Shown: piece after piece, positions 1 through 9,982 of the stretch
Layout: every line of letters begins with the position of its first letter
How positions within the stretch are numbered: position 1 is the stretch's first letter
Assembly (NCBI GenBank): GCA_013239625.1
Contig: MU053431.1
Location: forward strand, 1,056,001 to 1,078,892
Reading direction: 5' to 3'
Origin: Lama guanicoe
Taxonomy: Eukaryota
Length of the DNA: 22,892 nt
Position numbers and translations under genes: made by a program
The notes under the pieces: generated by a model
Seen by the model: the letters and a program-made list of their open reading frames with translations, nothing else
Told to the model about the DNA's origin: nothing
Database searches by the model: none

Positions 1-70
1 CCAAGGTCAAGGGCAGAGGGCGGGAGGTGAGGTCAAGGACGTGGGCCAGGCCTGGCTCTGCAGGGCCTCA
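1..70 (-). mobile_element. MIR SINE fragment (truncated by window edge)
   Basis: ccaaggtca...ccaggcctggctctgcagggcc resembles the reverse complement of the MIR core/5' part (cccaaggtcacacagc...cccaggcagtctggctccagag). The match is short and diverged. Confidence 0.3.
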
Positions 71-173
71 TGGGCCAGGTGCGCAGCCTGGAATTTACCC
101 GAAATCCGTGAGCTGTCTTTCCAGCTTCTTTGTAAAAGCATCTTCCTCTTGCATGCTACTTGGTCGAACTCAC

Positions 174-263
174 TTTTGAGATTCTGGAAGTTGTGCATCC
201 AGGTCACAGTTCATAAGCTGCCATAAAATTCCACTTTCAGGAGTGCAGAGTCGACATTTTTGC
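174..263 (-). other. Candidate 90-nt spliced exon (minus strand)
   Basis: Acceptor ttcctcgactcgccgtcttcactgcAG| (AG at 265-264) and donor CAAAA|GTGAGT (173-168). One open frame (QKCRLCTPESGILWQLMNCDLDAQLPESQ) matches no protein I recognise. Confidence 0.25.
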
Positions 264-774
264 CTGCAGTGAAGACGGCGAGTCGAGGAACTCTGCATTA
301 ATTACAATGCATTGCTTCCTGCGGGGAGAGACTCGCAGGCTTGGCACCTGCCGGAAAGGCTCAGGCTTCAGCTCCTCCTAGGGCAGCTCGGGGTTGGCGT
401 GGGAAGACTGGGTGTCTGGAAACTGCAGGGCAACTTGAAGGAAGTGTCTGGGCTTGTGATCGGTTTGCAAGAAAGCACAGAGGCCATGAGCAGCCTCTGC
501 GACCTCGTACCCCCAGGATGTTCCCTGGGCCGGGCCTCAGGGCTGTGCACCTGGGAGAGGGCTGTGCAAGGACCTTTGCTTGACTGCCCCACCCCCAGCG
601 GAGGGGGGACGGCCTGGCTGCGGGGGCGCACAGCGTCCAGGGAGAGCTGCCTGGCTCTGCTGTCCGTGATCCGGCAGAGAACCTCACTGCAGAGGGAGGG
701 CTCCCTGAGCCTGCGCGGCAGCGGCCAGGGCTCCCAAGGTTCATTTCCATACTTAAAGGTGCTAACACCTACAG

Positions 775-1446
775 GCCTTCACTGCTGCTGCTGCTGCTTC
801 GGGAGAAGCAGGGCGCCGCCCCGTTCTCCAGGTGCCTTGTACCGCCTCTGGTGTCCGGTCGCGCACACCACTTCTTACTTCCTGCGATTTATTCTCCGTG
901 CAGCCGCCCGACCAGTCAATGTTTTTATAATAAAAATTAGATCACGTCACTGCTTTGCTTAGAATCCATCAATAGCTTTGCGTCACATTTGGAGTGAAGC
1001 GGGCCCCAGGCCCTCCGTGATCTGGTGGCTGCACTCGGGCCTGTCTTCCCACGGTCACTGCGTCTCCGGCTGCCTTGAGCAGGCCAAGTGCTTCCGAGCC
1101 TCGGAGTCTGCGGCTCGCCGCTACTGGAATGCCGTTTCCCCGCACCGTACCTGGCAAGCTCCTCTCCTGCCTTCAGAAACGTCACCCCCTCCAAGAGGCC
1201 TGCCCTGACCCCCTCAGTGCCGATTAGCTCCTCCCCTGCCCCACCATCCACTGCTCTCTGACGGCCCTGCGCACTTTCCCGTCCCGTAATTATCTATGTA
1301 TCATTCAAGATGAACCTCCTCACCAGACGGTGAGCTCCGTGAGGACCAGGGCTGTGTTCAGTTACAGCTGGATCCCTGATACCCGGGGTGGTGCTTTGCA
1401 CGTGGTCGGCAGTCAGTATACACGTACGTACCTGCCGCATGAATGC
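775..1446 (+). mobile_element. LINE-2 (L2a-like) 3' region
   Basis: Colinear blocks typical of the L2 3' end: gatcacgtcactgctttgcttagaatcc, aggccctccgtgatctgg, ctggaatgccgtttccc, gtcaccccctccaagaggcctgccctgacc, gtgagctccgtgagg, ending in gaatg. Confidence 0.75.
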
Positions 1447-1611
1447 TGCTTGCTGCCTGTGGTGTGATGTGCATTTACGTCCCTGAGTATGTTTCAGCGA
1501 CTGTGTGACCCGGTATCTGGAAGCGCGAGCAAGGGCTGACTGACGTCGCCCGCCAGCTCATCTCAGTTGTACCCAGGAAGCTTTGCCACCAGACGTCACC
1601 CTTTCTGTCCC

Positions 1612-1700
1612 CCAGTGTGCTAACGGAGCTCCCACTGTGTGTCGGCCGTGGCGCTAAGCCCTGGGGTGCAGTCTTGAAAGGAGAGACCGGTTCTCCCCTT
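1612..1700 (-). mobile_element. LINE-2 3'-terminal fragment, antisense
   Basis: gagctcccactgtgtgtcggccgtggcgctaagccctggggtgcag resembles the reverse-complemented L2 tail (gagcgcctactatgtgccaggcactgttctaggcgctggggatacag). Confidence 0.5.
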
Positions 1701-2334
1701 TAGCATCAATGTGTGATCACCCATACGCTGCGTTTATGCTACACTTTAAAAGGCTTATCTCCATACTTCAGGTGATGGTAATTACAGGCCTTAATGCTGC
1801 TAATCTAGAAATAAGTAGTATTTTCTTAGTTTTTCCAAGAGCCAACAATTAACACAGTCCCTCTCGCTGGTGTGGAATTTATTTCATTTAGACATTAGCA
1901 AGGGTTTTAATCAGCACATCCATACATAGACTGTCTATATAATTATGTTCTTAAATGGCCCTCGTATTTATTTCTACCCAGGACTGACCTCAAACCTTAA
2001 TTTACTGGAGGAGGTTTTAAAGCCAGTAACACAGTGGACACTTCGGTTCTCCTGCTGCGAGCAAACTACAGTTGTGGCTCACCACACAGTGACCTCTAGC
2101 TGGGTCTTCGTGTTCGGGGAAGGACAGTTGCCCTCGGCGGGCGTGTCCCAAGGCCACAGGTGCTGAGTCTTGTGTGGGTCTCCCGGGCCCGTGAGCAGAA
2201 AGCCCAGCCTCCCAGGAACGGGAGGGCGCCCCCATGACGGGGCTGGCTTCCTCTCTGCAGCTTCCGCGTCATGTCCCTTATGACCGGCAACTTATTTTCA
2301 GGGGAGCCCTCAGGAGAGTCAGCCCCTCCCCTGA

Positions 2335-2445
2335 TCAGAGCCTGGGTGTGGACTGGAACCTGGGCCAGAGCTCTGGCTTCACCACGTAAGGGCCCTGTGA
2401 CCTTGGCCAGGTTGCCCCACCGCGCAGGTAAACTGAGGGCCGTCT
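2335..2445 (+). mobile_element. MIR SINE fragment
   Basis: acctgggccagagctctggcttcaccacgtaagggccctgtgaccttggccaggttgcc follows the MIR core order (cctgggttcgaatcccagctctgccacttactagctgtgtgaccttgggcaagttac). Confidence 0.5.
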
Positions 2446-2809
2446 GGTCAACCCAGCTATTGCGGCACCCCACCAGCCTCCTCTTCTCTAGAGACTCCCC
2501 AATTATTTTTTTATCTATGCTCATTTGTTTTCCAATGATCTAGTGATTCTAGTACCTCTCTCAGGCTTCTCTCTGTCTCCTTAGTCTTAAACACAATTGT
2601 AAAAGGAAATGGTGTTTCTCTCTGAGCCTTGAGATTGCTGATGGCCGATGTCCAGAGCCTTGTGGGTTCGGGGAAGAGCCCTCGGCTCTGGGGGTGAAGG
2701 GCAGGTCCCTGCAGTCGTCTGCTCCCAAGGTGACGCTCAGAGGAGAGAAGAGACTCCCGTAACGGGGGGCTGGTGGCAGAAAACAACAAGTGATCTTCCG
2801 TACACGTAC

Positions 2810-2841
2810 TTCGAGGATGTCCTTGGTTAGGGCTGCAGCCT
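2810..2841 (-). other. Candidate 32-nt spliced exon (minus strand)
   Basis: Strong acceptor tttgctttttctcttttctgtgatcAG| (AG at 2843-2842) and donor GAA|GTACGT (2809-2804). Confidence 0.25.
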
Positions 2842-2924
2842 CTGATCACAGAAAAGAGAAAAAGCAAACTGAATATGAGGTTTGAATCAATGTCAGCATT
2901 TTTTAATGTCACCAATTCTGTAAC

Positions 2925-3780
2925 CTTGTTAAAGGACATAATATACATGCATGGTGCAAAAGGTGGAAAATACACAAAAGAAAGGGAAAATCATCCGTAA
3001 CCCCCATATTCATGTAAGACTACTTTTATACAGTTCCTTCCATGCACGCTCATTCCTATACATGTATGTGTGCATTCGTCCCAGCGCGGTTGCAGTACCT
3101 GTACTAAACAGTCAGGTGCTTGGCTCCTTAATAAACCATGCAGAGCTGTCCATGTTATAAACCTACATCATCATTTTAAGTCACTGAATTCACTGTTACG
3201 GGCAAACTGTAACGTGACCGGTCCCATACGACGGATGTTTGGGTTACTTCCAATCTTTCAGTGTTATAAATAATGTGATAAACACTCTTAATCATTTTTG
3301 CAACTGAGTATCATTTCCTCATTATAAATTCTTCAAAACAGAATTCTTAGGTCACAATGCATGGATGTTTATAATGCTTTTATTAAATACTACCGTATTG
3401 TCCTTCAGAAAAAAATCGATTATATGCCTCCCCACCATTAGTGTTTGAGGAAAACCCATTCAGAGCCATGGAATCTTGAAATTTAATCTTACCTGGTTAC
3501 TGTCCCCAGGGTAGTGCTTGGGACAATACATTCACAGGATGATTTTTTTTAATTTGGAAAAAAAAAACACATTTTCATTTCCCATAATTATGCCGAAGAG
3601 AGTGCGAGAATTTTAAAGGAATGTGACTGTTAATTAGCTGCGTATTTACATAGGAGAAGCAGTGCAGTCCTCTTTGAAACCAGCCGTACGCGTGTACTTG
3701 ACCTTGTCGCCTTGCTCTTCTGTAACTTCTTACGTGGTTTTATCTACGAGGTGCATCTTAACCCGCTGCCGACGTTCTTT
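2925..3780 (-). mobile_element. Ancient L1 (L1ME-type) 3' end, antisense
   Basis: AT-rich block with reverse-strand L1ME hallmarks: ggatgtttgggttacttccaatctttcagtgttataaataatg, taaattcttcaaaacagaattcttaggtca, attgtccttcagaaa...ctcccaccattagtgtttgag. The match is best at 3220-3460; the extension to about 3780 is weaker. Confidence 0.65.
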
Positions 3781-3819
3781 TGGCATGGGTAGCGCTCACT
3801 AAAAATGCTTACAGAAGAG

Positions 3820-4450
3820 AGCTCAGTGACGTAAAACAGCTACGAGCCGGGCTAAACAAAACCTGGATATAAAGTTTCATATAGTCTCTTCTAGTGAAAA
3901 CCTTGACTAGAACAGCCGTCAAACCAAGGACAGAATTGGGTGTCCTGGACCAAGAGGCAGCCAGACCCGCCGGGCGGAGCCGCGGCCACCTGGTGTGGCC
4001 GACCCAGCCGTGGTCCGCCCAGGTCTGCGCCCGGCCACGCGCGCGAACGGCCGCTGGGGTGGGGAGGCAGGCGGGAGCAGGGGCTCCAAGAGGGACTCCC
4101 ATTTTCATTCTGTGAATGTAAGTCTTGCTGGTTTTCGTAAGGAGAACGTTACATCTGTGACCGTAGAAAGCATCGTGCACACGTACGTACGTGTGTGCTT
4201 GGGTGCGAGTCGGCGCAGGGGAGTGGCCGGAAGCAGGCGTGAGTCAGCGGCAGGGCCCTCCCTGGGAGCGGGAGTTTGGCTGTGATTTGCCTGCTGGACG
4301 GTCGTGTGGGCCTCCAGTTTTTTCATAGCTATGTTACATCTTTAACAAGTGAGCTATACAAGCGCGATCACTTTTCCAGTGCACACACACGCACGCACAC
4401 ACGTGCACGACTCTCTTTTTGGCCTGTGGACAATGAAATGGTAAGTGGGA
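3820..4450. promoter_or_regulatory. Promoter/first-exon-like regulatory block
   Basis: CRE-like TGACGTAA 3827-3834, TATAAAG 3868-3874, CpG-dense core about 3965-4060, ETS CCGGAAG 4227-4233, AP-1/ARE-like TGAGTCAGC 4240-4248, and consensus donors GTAAGT at 4118 and 4441. Confidence 0.45.
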
Positions 4451-5794
4451 CCCATTCAAAGAAACGGCCACTATTCCAGGCGCCGCCCGGCCTCCCTGAC
4501 CACCGGCATGTCCCCCTCCCTGGGAGGAGAGGCCACGTCCCACTTCAGTGGCTTCAGCAGAAGGTCACCTCGGCTGGGCAGATCACCGCTTCCTCTGTCG
4601 TGGGCGGGGGGGGCCACTCCACTGTTGGCTCACCTGCCCACCCGTTCTTCCCTCCTGCAGGCGCTGGGCTCTGCTCTGGGCTGGGGTGCCGCGGTGAACA
4701 GCCCGCACAGGTCCCCGGCTCACCGTGGCGCCCTGCACAGCCCAGGTGAATGCGGGCAGCTGCTGGGAGTAACCAGGCACCGGGGGTGCATCTGCCTGGA
4801 CAAGACACAGCTCTGAAGTGACCCTGTTCTGAAAGTGAGGATGGGCTGGAAGTGCAGCCTCAACCCTCATAACAGTCCCAGGAGACGGGGAGGCAGCTTA
4901 TGTGCGGCCGGTGAGGCTGGAGGAGTCGCCTTAAGAGCTCAGCTTTGCCTCTGCGGAGGGATGGGGCCCACGGGGGAAAGAAGGGCTGGTGGGAGACAGG
5001 CCCTCCAGGGGCCCTCTCACCTGATCCTGGGGCAAGCTGCCCATGGTCGGGTTTGCTGCGTGGTCAGGGTATTGCTCTGGGGCCAGGGGCCGGGCCGGGC
5101 AGATGGGCAGGTGGACCAGGGCTGGGGTCTGTAAGTGCTGGCGCGGCCGTCCTGCCTCTGCAGCCCCTCCCTGAGCGCACAGCACCTCGCTGGGGAGGAC
5201 GCCCCAGGGCCACAGCGCAAGGATGCAGTGAGGTCACTGCGCTGTTGGCCACTGACTGACTGCTGTGCCCAGAAGCACCCACCGGGGGCTGCCAGGCACG
5301 GCTGACAATGGCTGAGTCCCACTGTGGCCGCCACAAGGACACCCCAGCATCTAGAACATTCTGGGACCGGAGCAGGGCCTGACACGTGTGTGAGTAAATC
5401 CAGTTACAGGGCAGGTGTTTCAGGGGCGAGTTGTCTGCCGGGATCCCCCGCAGCCGGGCTGAGTGAGGGGTCCTGTGCTCTCTCCTCTCCAGGACCCAGG
5501 TTTTTCTTAATCCCTCACCATGAAAGGGGTTTTTGACGCATGAACATACAAACTTAATTGCTAACAAAACAAGGCGAACTCTTCTCTGAATTAGGAAGAA
5601 GGAGGTTGGTCTCCGGGAACCGGCCGCTTCAGCAGAGTCTCAAAGGGTAACTTGTGCGCATTTTTGTGAGGGCATTTCTGAGTGATTCCTAGGGTTCAGG
5701 GGTATAAAGATAGATTCACAAGGCGACTGTCAAAGCCACTTACAGGTGCCCGTCTGACGCGGTCAGTTTTACGCCCTTTCCTTGCGCGTATCAA

Positions 5795-5915
5795 ACCCAT
5801 TCTAAAGCACCTGTGATGAGGCAGGTAGGTTGCTCTCTGGCTTCCCAGGTAAGGAAAATGTAGGGCCGAGGTGTCTGCGACGTGCTCAAGGTCATGGCAG
5901 GGGGACTAAACCACC
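5795..5915 (-). mobile_element. MIR SINE fragment
   Basis: atgaggcaggtag...caggtaaggaaaatgtagggccgaggtg...gtgctcaaggtcatggcag parallels reverse MIR (atgaggtaggta...cagatgaggaaactgaggcacagagagg...ttgcccaaggtcacacag). Confidence 0.5.
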
Positions 5916-6190
5916 ACTGCGGAGAGCTCGAGCGAGGGGCTTCGCGTCTGGTCCAGCGCGTGCAGAGAGGCTCTGTGCGTTGTCCACGGGCTTCGATCCG
6001 AGGGGTAGGAGATGTTTGCAGCATAAACAAAGTCACCTTAACACGCCGTCGCCTCGTGGTCGACAGACCAGAAACCAAAGGTGTTAGATCCACGCAGGTG
6101 GAAGAACCTAATCCTTTCAAAACATGCTGATGGGCCCCTTGGTTCCCTCGGGGCGCGTGGGGGGAGGGATGTGTGGGAGTGGGTGAAGGA

Positions 6191-6301
6191 GGGCACCCCA
6201 CCCCCACAGTGTCTGAGTCAGTAGGTCTGGGTGGGGCCAAACCTGTGCGTCTTCCGAGTTCCCAGGGACTGGTGGTCTTGAGGTGACGTTGAGACCCGCC
6301 G
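6191..6301. mobile_element. MER5A (hAT-Charlie DNA transposon) fragment
   Basis: ccccacccccacagtgtctgagtcagtaggtctgggtggggcc...agttcccagg...ttgagacc matches the MER5A core (ccccacccccagagtttctgattcagtaggtctggggtggggcc...aagttcccagg...ttgagaacc). Confidence 0.7.
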
Positions 6302-6689
6302 TCCTCACAAGTGGCAAGCCCGTCAGTTTCTGTGAGACGGTGCTGCCCACAGCACGGGGGCCACTCGAGCCGCTCTGGATGAGCCCCTGCAGGCACCGGT
6401 CCTTAAGACCCTGCGGAGTGAAACGCGGCCTCCCGCCTGCAAGGGGCGATTCCCGCGCAGCCGGCTGAGCCGTGGGGTCGCCCTCCCCTGGGGGCTGGTT
6501 TCCCCGGGCACAGTCCTGGGGGCCCGGGGCGAGGGGGCCAGCTCTCAGCACAAAGCCCCCGGCACAGAGGGGGCCGTCGAGGGTGGAGCTCGCCGAACTG
6601 GCTGCCGCAGACCTCCCGGGAAAGCTGGACGTGGAGCAGGAGCGGGGACCCAGGAGAGGACTTGGCCGGGGGCCGGGGGATCGGGAGCA

Positions 6690-7085
6690 GCAGGGGAGCT
6701 GTGACGATCCTGAAGGAAGCCGGAGAAACAGCACCTTCCCGGGAGAGGAGGGGGTGAGTCACAGCGGCCGTCTCCTCGGAACCCTGGGGCGACACGATTA
6801 AACGGTTGGAAGCAAAAACCCAGCACCGAGAACTCTGTGTCCGGCAGGCGTGTCCTTCAAAAGTGAAGGACAATAAAGACCTTTTTCAGACAAAACCTGG
6901 GGGAATTTGTCACCAGTCAGCCTGTCTTGCAAGAAACGTTCTAAGAGGTTCTTCCCGGCGAAGGAACGTGATGTGCCGGCCAGAGACTGATCAGAGAAGG
7001 AACAAGTGCAGATAAAATACAGTCTTTTATTTTCCTCATTCTTAATTGATCTAATGGAAAACCTTATTCAAAACAATAATAGCAA
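6690..7085 (+). mobile_element. Ancient L1 (L1M/L1MD-like) ORF1 C-terminal and inter-ORF fragment
   Basis: tccttcaaaagtgaaggacaataaagacctttttcagacaaa, ggaatttgtcaccagtcagcctgtcttgcaagaaacgtt and ttttattttcctcattcttaattgatctaa...ttcaaaacaataatagcaa match the end of old L1 ORF1. The frame is broken. The element may extend upstream to about 6550. Confidence 0.7.
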
Positions 7086-7163
7086 GTCAGTCTTGCTCGC
7101 TTGGCAGTTTTGTTTGTTTGTTTTTTTCACGCTGCTGCCAACATTTAAAAATCAGGGGTTTCA

Positions 7164-7562
7164 AGAATGAAAAAAATGCCACTTGCAACAACATGGATGG
7201 ACCTAGAGATTATCATGCGGAGTGAAGCAAATCAGAGAAAGACAAACATCATGATAAAATATGACACAAATGAACTTATTTACGAAACAGAAACTGACTT
7301 ACACAGAAAAGAAACTTGCAGTTACCAAAGGGGAAAGGGGGTGGGGGAGGGGTAAATTAGGAGTTTGGGATCAGCAGATACAAACCACTACACATGAGGA
7401 AGATAAACAACAAGGTCCGGCTGTACAGCACAGGGAGATGAACTCAATAGCTTGTGAGAAAGGACACGTGCATGTCTAACGGAACCACTTTGCTCTGCAC
7501 CAGAAACTAGCACAGCACTGTAAATCAACTGTGCTTCAGTTTAAAAAATAGATAAATGAGCG
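7164..7562 (+). mobile_element. 5'-truncated L1 (artiodactyl-type): ORF2 C-terminus, 3' UTR and decayed poly(A)
   Basis: Translation MPLATTWMDLEIIMRSE resembles the L1 ORF2 C-terminal motif (FAATWMDLE..ILSE). It has a G-rich 3' UTR tract, the ending tgtaaatcaactgtgcttcagtttaaaaaa, and a TSD aatcaggggtttca (7150-7163) / aatcggggtttca (7563-7575). Confidence 0.9.
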
Positions 7563-8710
7563 AATCGGGGTTTCACATACACACCTGGGGTCCCTGGCCA
7601 GGGGGCTGCAGTGAGGGCCCGGCTGGCCTGCGGCCCTTGGCGTCTGCAGGCGCTGCCCCAGACCAGGCGCCGGGGGGGTCCTCCATCCTTTTCTCCTCCA
7701 AATCGCCTCTGAAAGCAGATTCGAAACATCTAAAAGTGAATTCTAACATTCTAAAAGTATTTTTCACAACACAGTTACCCCAAAGCCGCCGTGGATGGAC
7801 TGGAGTGGGGCGGGGGGACGGAAAGGGAGGGACGGAAGGCCGGGTCTGTCCTGACGCAGGGCGGCCCAGCCCACCTGAGTCACTGGCCACAGCCTGGGGG
7901 TGGGGGGTGAGAAGGAAGCCGCCCGTCCCACACCCGCGCGTGGTTCTCACCGGCAGGGGCCAGCTCTCCGGGGCCAGGCAGACGACGGGACGCGAAAGCC
8001 TGACCTCGGGAGCCTTGGGTTTCGATTTGGCGTGTGGAAGTGAGTGCACCACCGTGCCCCACCGTGCCCCACAACCCGGAGGGAGGAAATGTCCGTGCAA
8101 AGTTCCGTATCAGGAAAAAAGCACCCTTTTGTAAGGTCTTGAAATCAGCTTGGCTTCTGACGCGTCGCTTTGACGCCTCATAAATGTCGGAGCTGGGTCC
8201 GGAAGGAAATTCTGTGGTTGGCGCCATGTACATCGTGGGGTGTGAGGCCCACGCGTCCCCCGCGTCCATTTCAAACTTGAAAAATGGTCCCAGGAGCCTT
8301 TTCTGTTTGCCGATCTTATAGCAAGTTGTCACAGAAACGTTCCAGCCACAAAACACGGCAGAGCCATGTCCATCTGCCCCCTCCTGTGTCTCTTCCACCG
8401 TGAGCCCCAGGGAGACCCCCTCGCCACTTTCTATCCTTATCCCAAAGGCCACCCTGGGCCTCAGTGGTCCACGCAGGCGGATGGTCACTGATGGAATCTG
8501 CAAACATGTCAGCAGCTGGGCTGGGGACAGGTGCCTGGAGGGGAAGGAAGGTCACCCCGTGGAGCTCCTGAGAAGGGCAGGGGCAAACTGGGGACCATTT
8601 GGAGATAAGTGTGACTCTTTTCCTCTGTAAAGCCCGGAAGACATTGGAGTGACGCTCCAGGCTGTGAAGCACAGCCAGGGATGAACGGGATCTTACAGGG
8701 TGACCAGCCA

Positions 8711-8826
8711 CCTGGGTACTTAGCAAAGGTGCTCCGTACTTAGTACTTCAGGTGCCTCACCACCTCACAGGGGTGCTGGGTACTTAGTACTTAGGGTGCC
8801 TGCGTACCTGGCAGAGGTGCCCAGCA
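8711..8826. repeat. Degenerate minisatellite with alternating 23/21-bp subunits (44-bp period)
   Basis: GGTGC at 8728, 8751, 8772, 8795 and 8816; GTACTTAG at 8716, 8736, 8780 and 8787. Segments 8728-8771 and 8772-8815 align ungapped at 33/44. Confidence 0.8.
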
Positions 8827-9982
8827 TTCCCGTCACATCCCTCCCAAGTCCACCCCGTGACTGCCCCTCTGTGGGGGTTTGCAGCAGGGCCGGGGGTGGG
8901 GAGCCAGCATCACTCTCTCGGCCGATGTGAAGGCAGCCGCGGCCAGTGCTGGCGTGGTGAGCGCGCACTCGGAGAGACTCCCCTGGGTCACGGGGATGCA
9001 TAACTCAGGCTCTCGGAGTCCACAGATAGCCGTCAGCACAAATAACCACCCGGCCTCCCGCCCAGGGCTGCCTTTGATGTTTCGTTCAGGAGACGCCTGC
9101 TCAGTTCGGGGCCCATTTTAATTTGTTTCATGCCCCCTGCTCTGCAGCTGGTTCCCGCGAACACAGGCATGAGAAGCTGCTTGTTAAAGACTTAAAAAAA
9201 AAAGTTAGGTCTTGAGCTGTCTCTGGCGTTCTTCTTGGAAAAATTGTTTCCTGGCCAGGCAGCCTCTGTCTCCGGCTCTGGCAAGGCTGGGACTTCTGGG
9301 TGGGTGATGTGGGGCTGCCCTGGTGAGGCCCCCGCTTCCAGGGAGTAAGCAGAGGATGGCAGGTGGCAGAACAGCCTGCCTGCACAACCACTGTGTGGGC
9401 TGTTAAGTTACATAAGACATCAGACAGGGGCTCCTGAATCTGCAGCCCCGACCACTCCAGGAATTAGCGTCTGAGGCAAAATCCCCACTCATCATCTTCC
9501 TGACCTGCCGCAGTGGCCCTGCCCGCAAGCCCCGGGCGGCAGGGCGAGAAATGGGCCAGGTTCCAGAGCACCCAGATGTCCCCGGGCCACCTCCAGCCTC
9601 TTCCCACCTCCCTCCCTCCTGCCCTGAGTGGAGTACCCCTGAAGAACACAGGGATGGCTGACTGCCGGAGCCGCCCCCGCCTGCCTGGACACACGCGGAG
9701 GTCCGGTTTCCAGGGAGGCCTTTACTCTCCGGGGCCAAGGGCCCAGGGCAGGTGCGTGGAGGGCGGGGGCGCAGGGACATGTGTTCAAAAGCCATACCAT
9801 CAGGGAAAATTCCTACTTTTTAAGGCCCTTCCATCTGTTCTGACGACCTCAAGGAGAAACATGTCAGTTCTCAACAAGTGTGCCTTTCAAAGAGCAGGCA
9901 CGGGCCTCAGGCACAGAACTTCAGCCAGGAAGTCAGCGTCGCAGCCATACTAGCAGCCACAGCGATGACAACAGCCCTGGCA

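Noticed and set aside
7167..7355. ORF MKKMPLATTWMDLEIIMRSE... as a gene
   Set aside because: It is the decayed C-terminus of L1 ORF2 running into the 3' UTR of a truncated insertion.
8711..8826. CRISPR-like or iteron-like array
   Set aside because: The units are contiguous degenerate duplications without unique spacers, and the DNA is mammalian.
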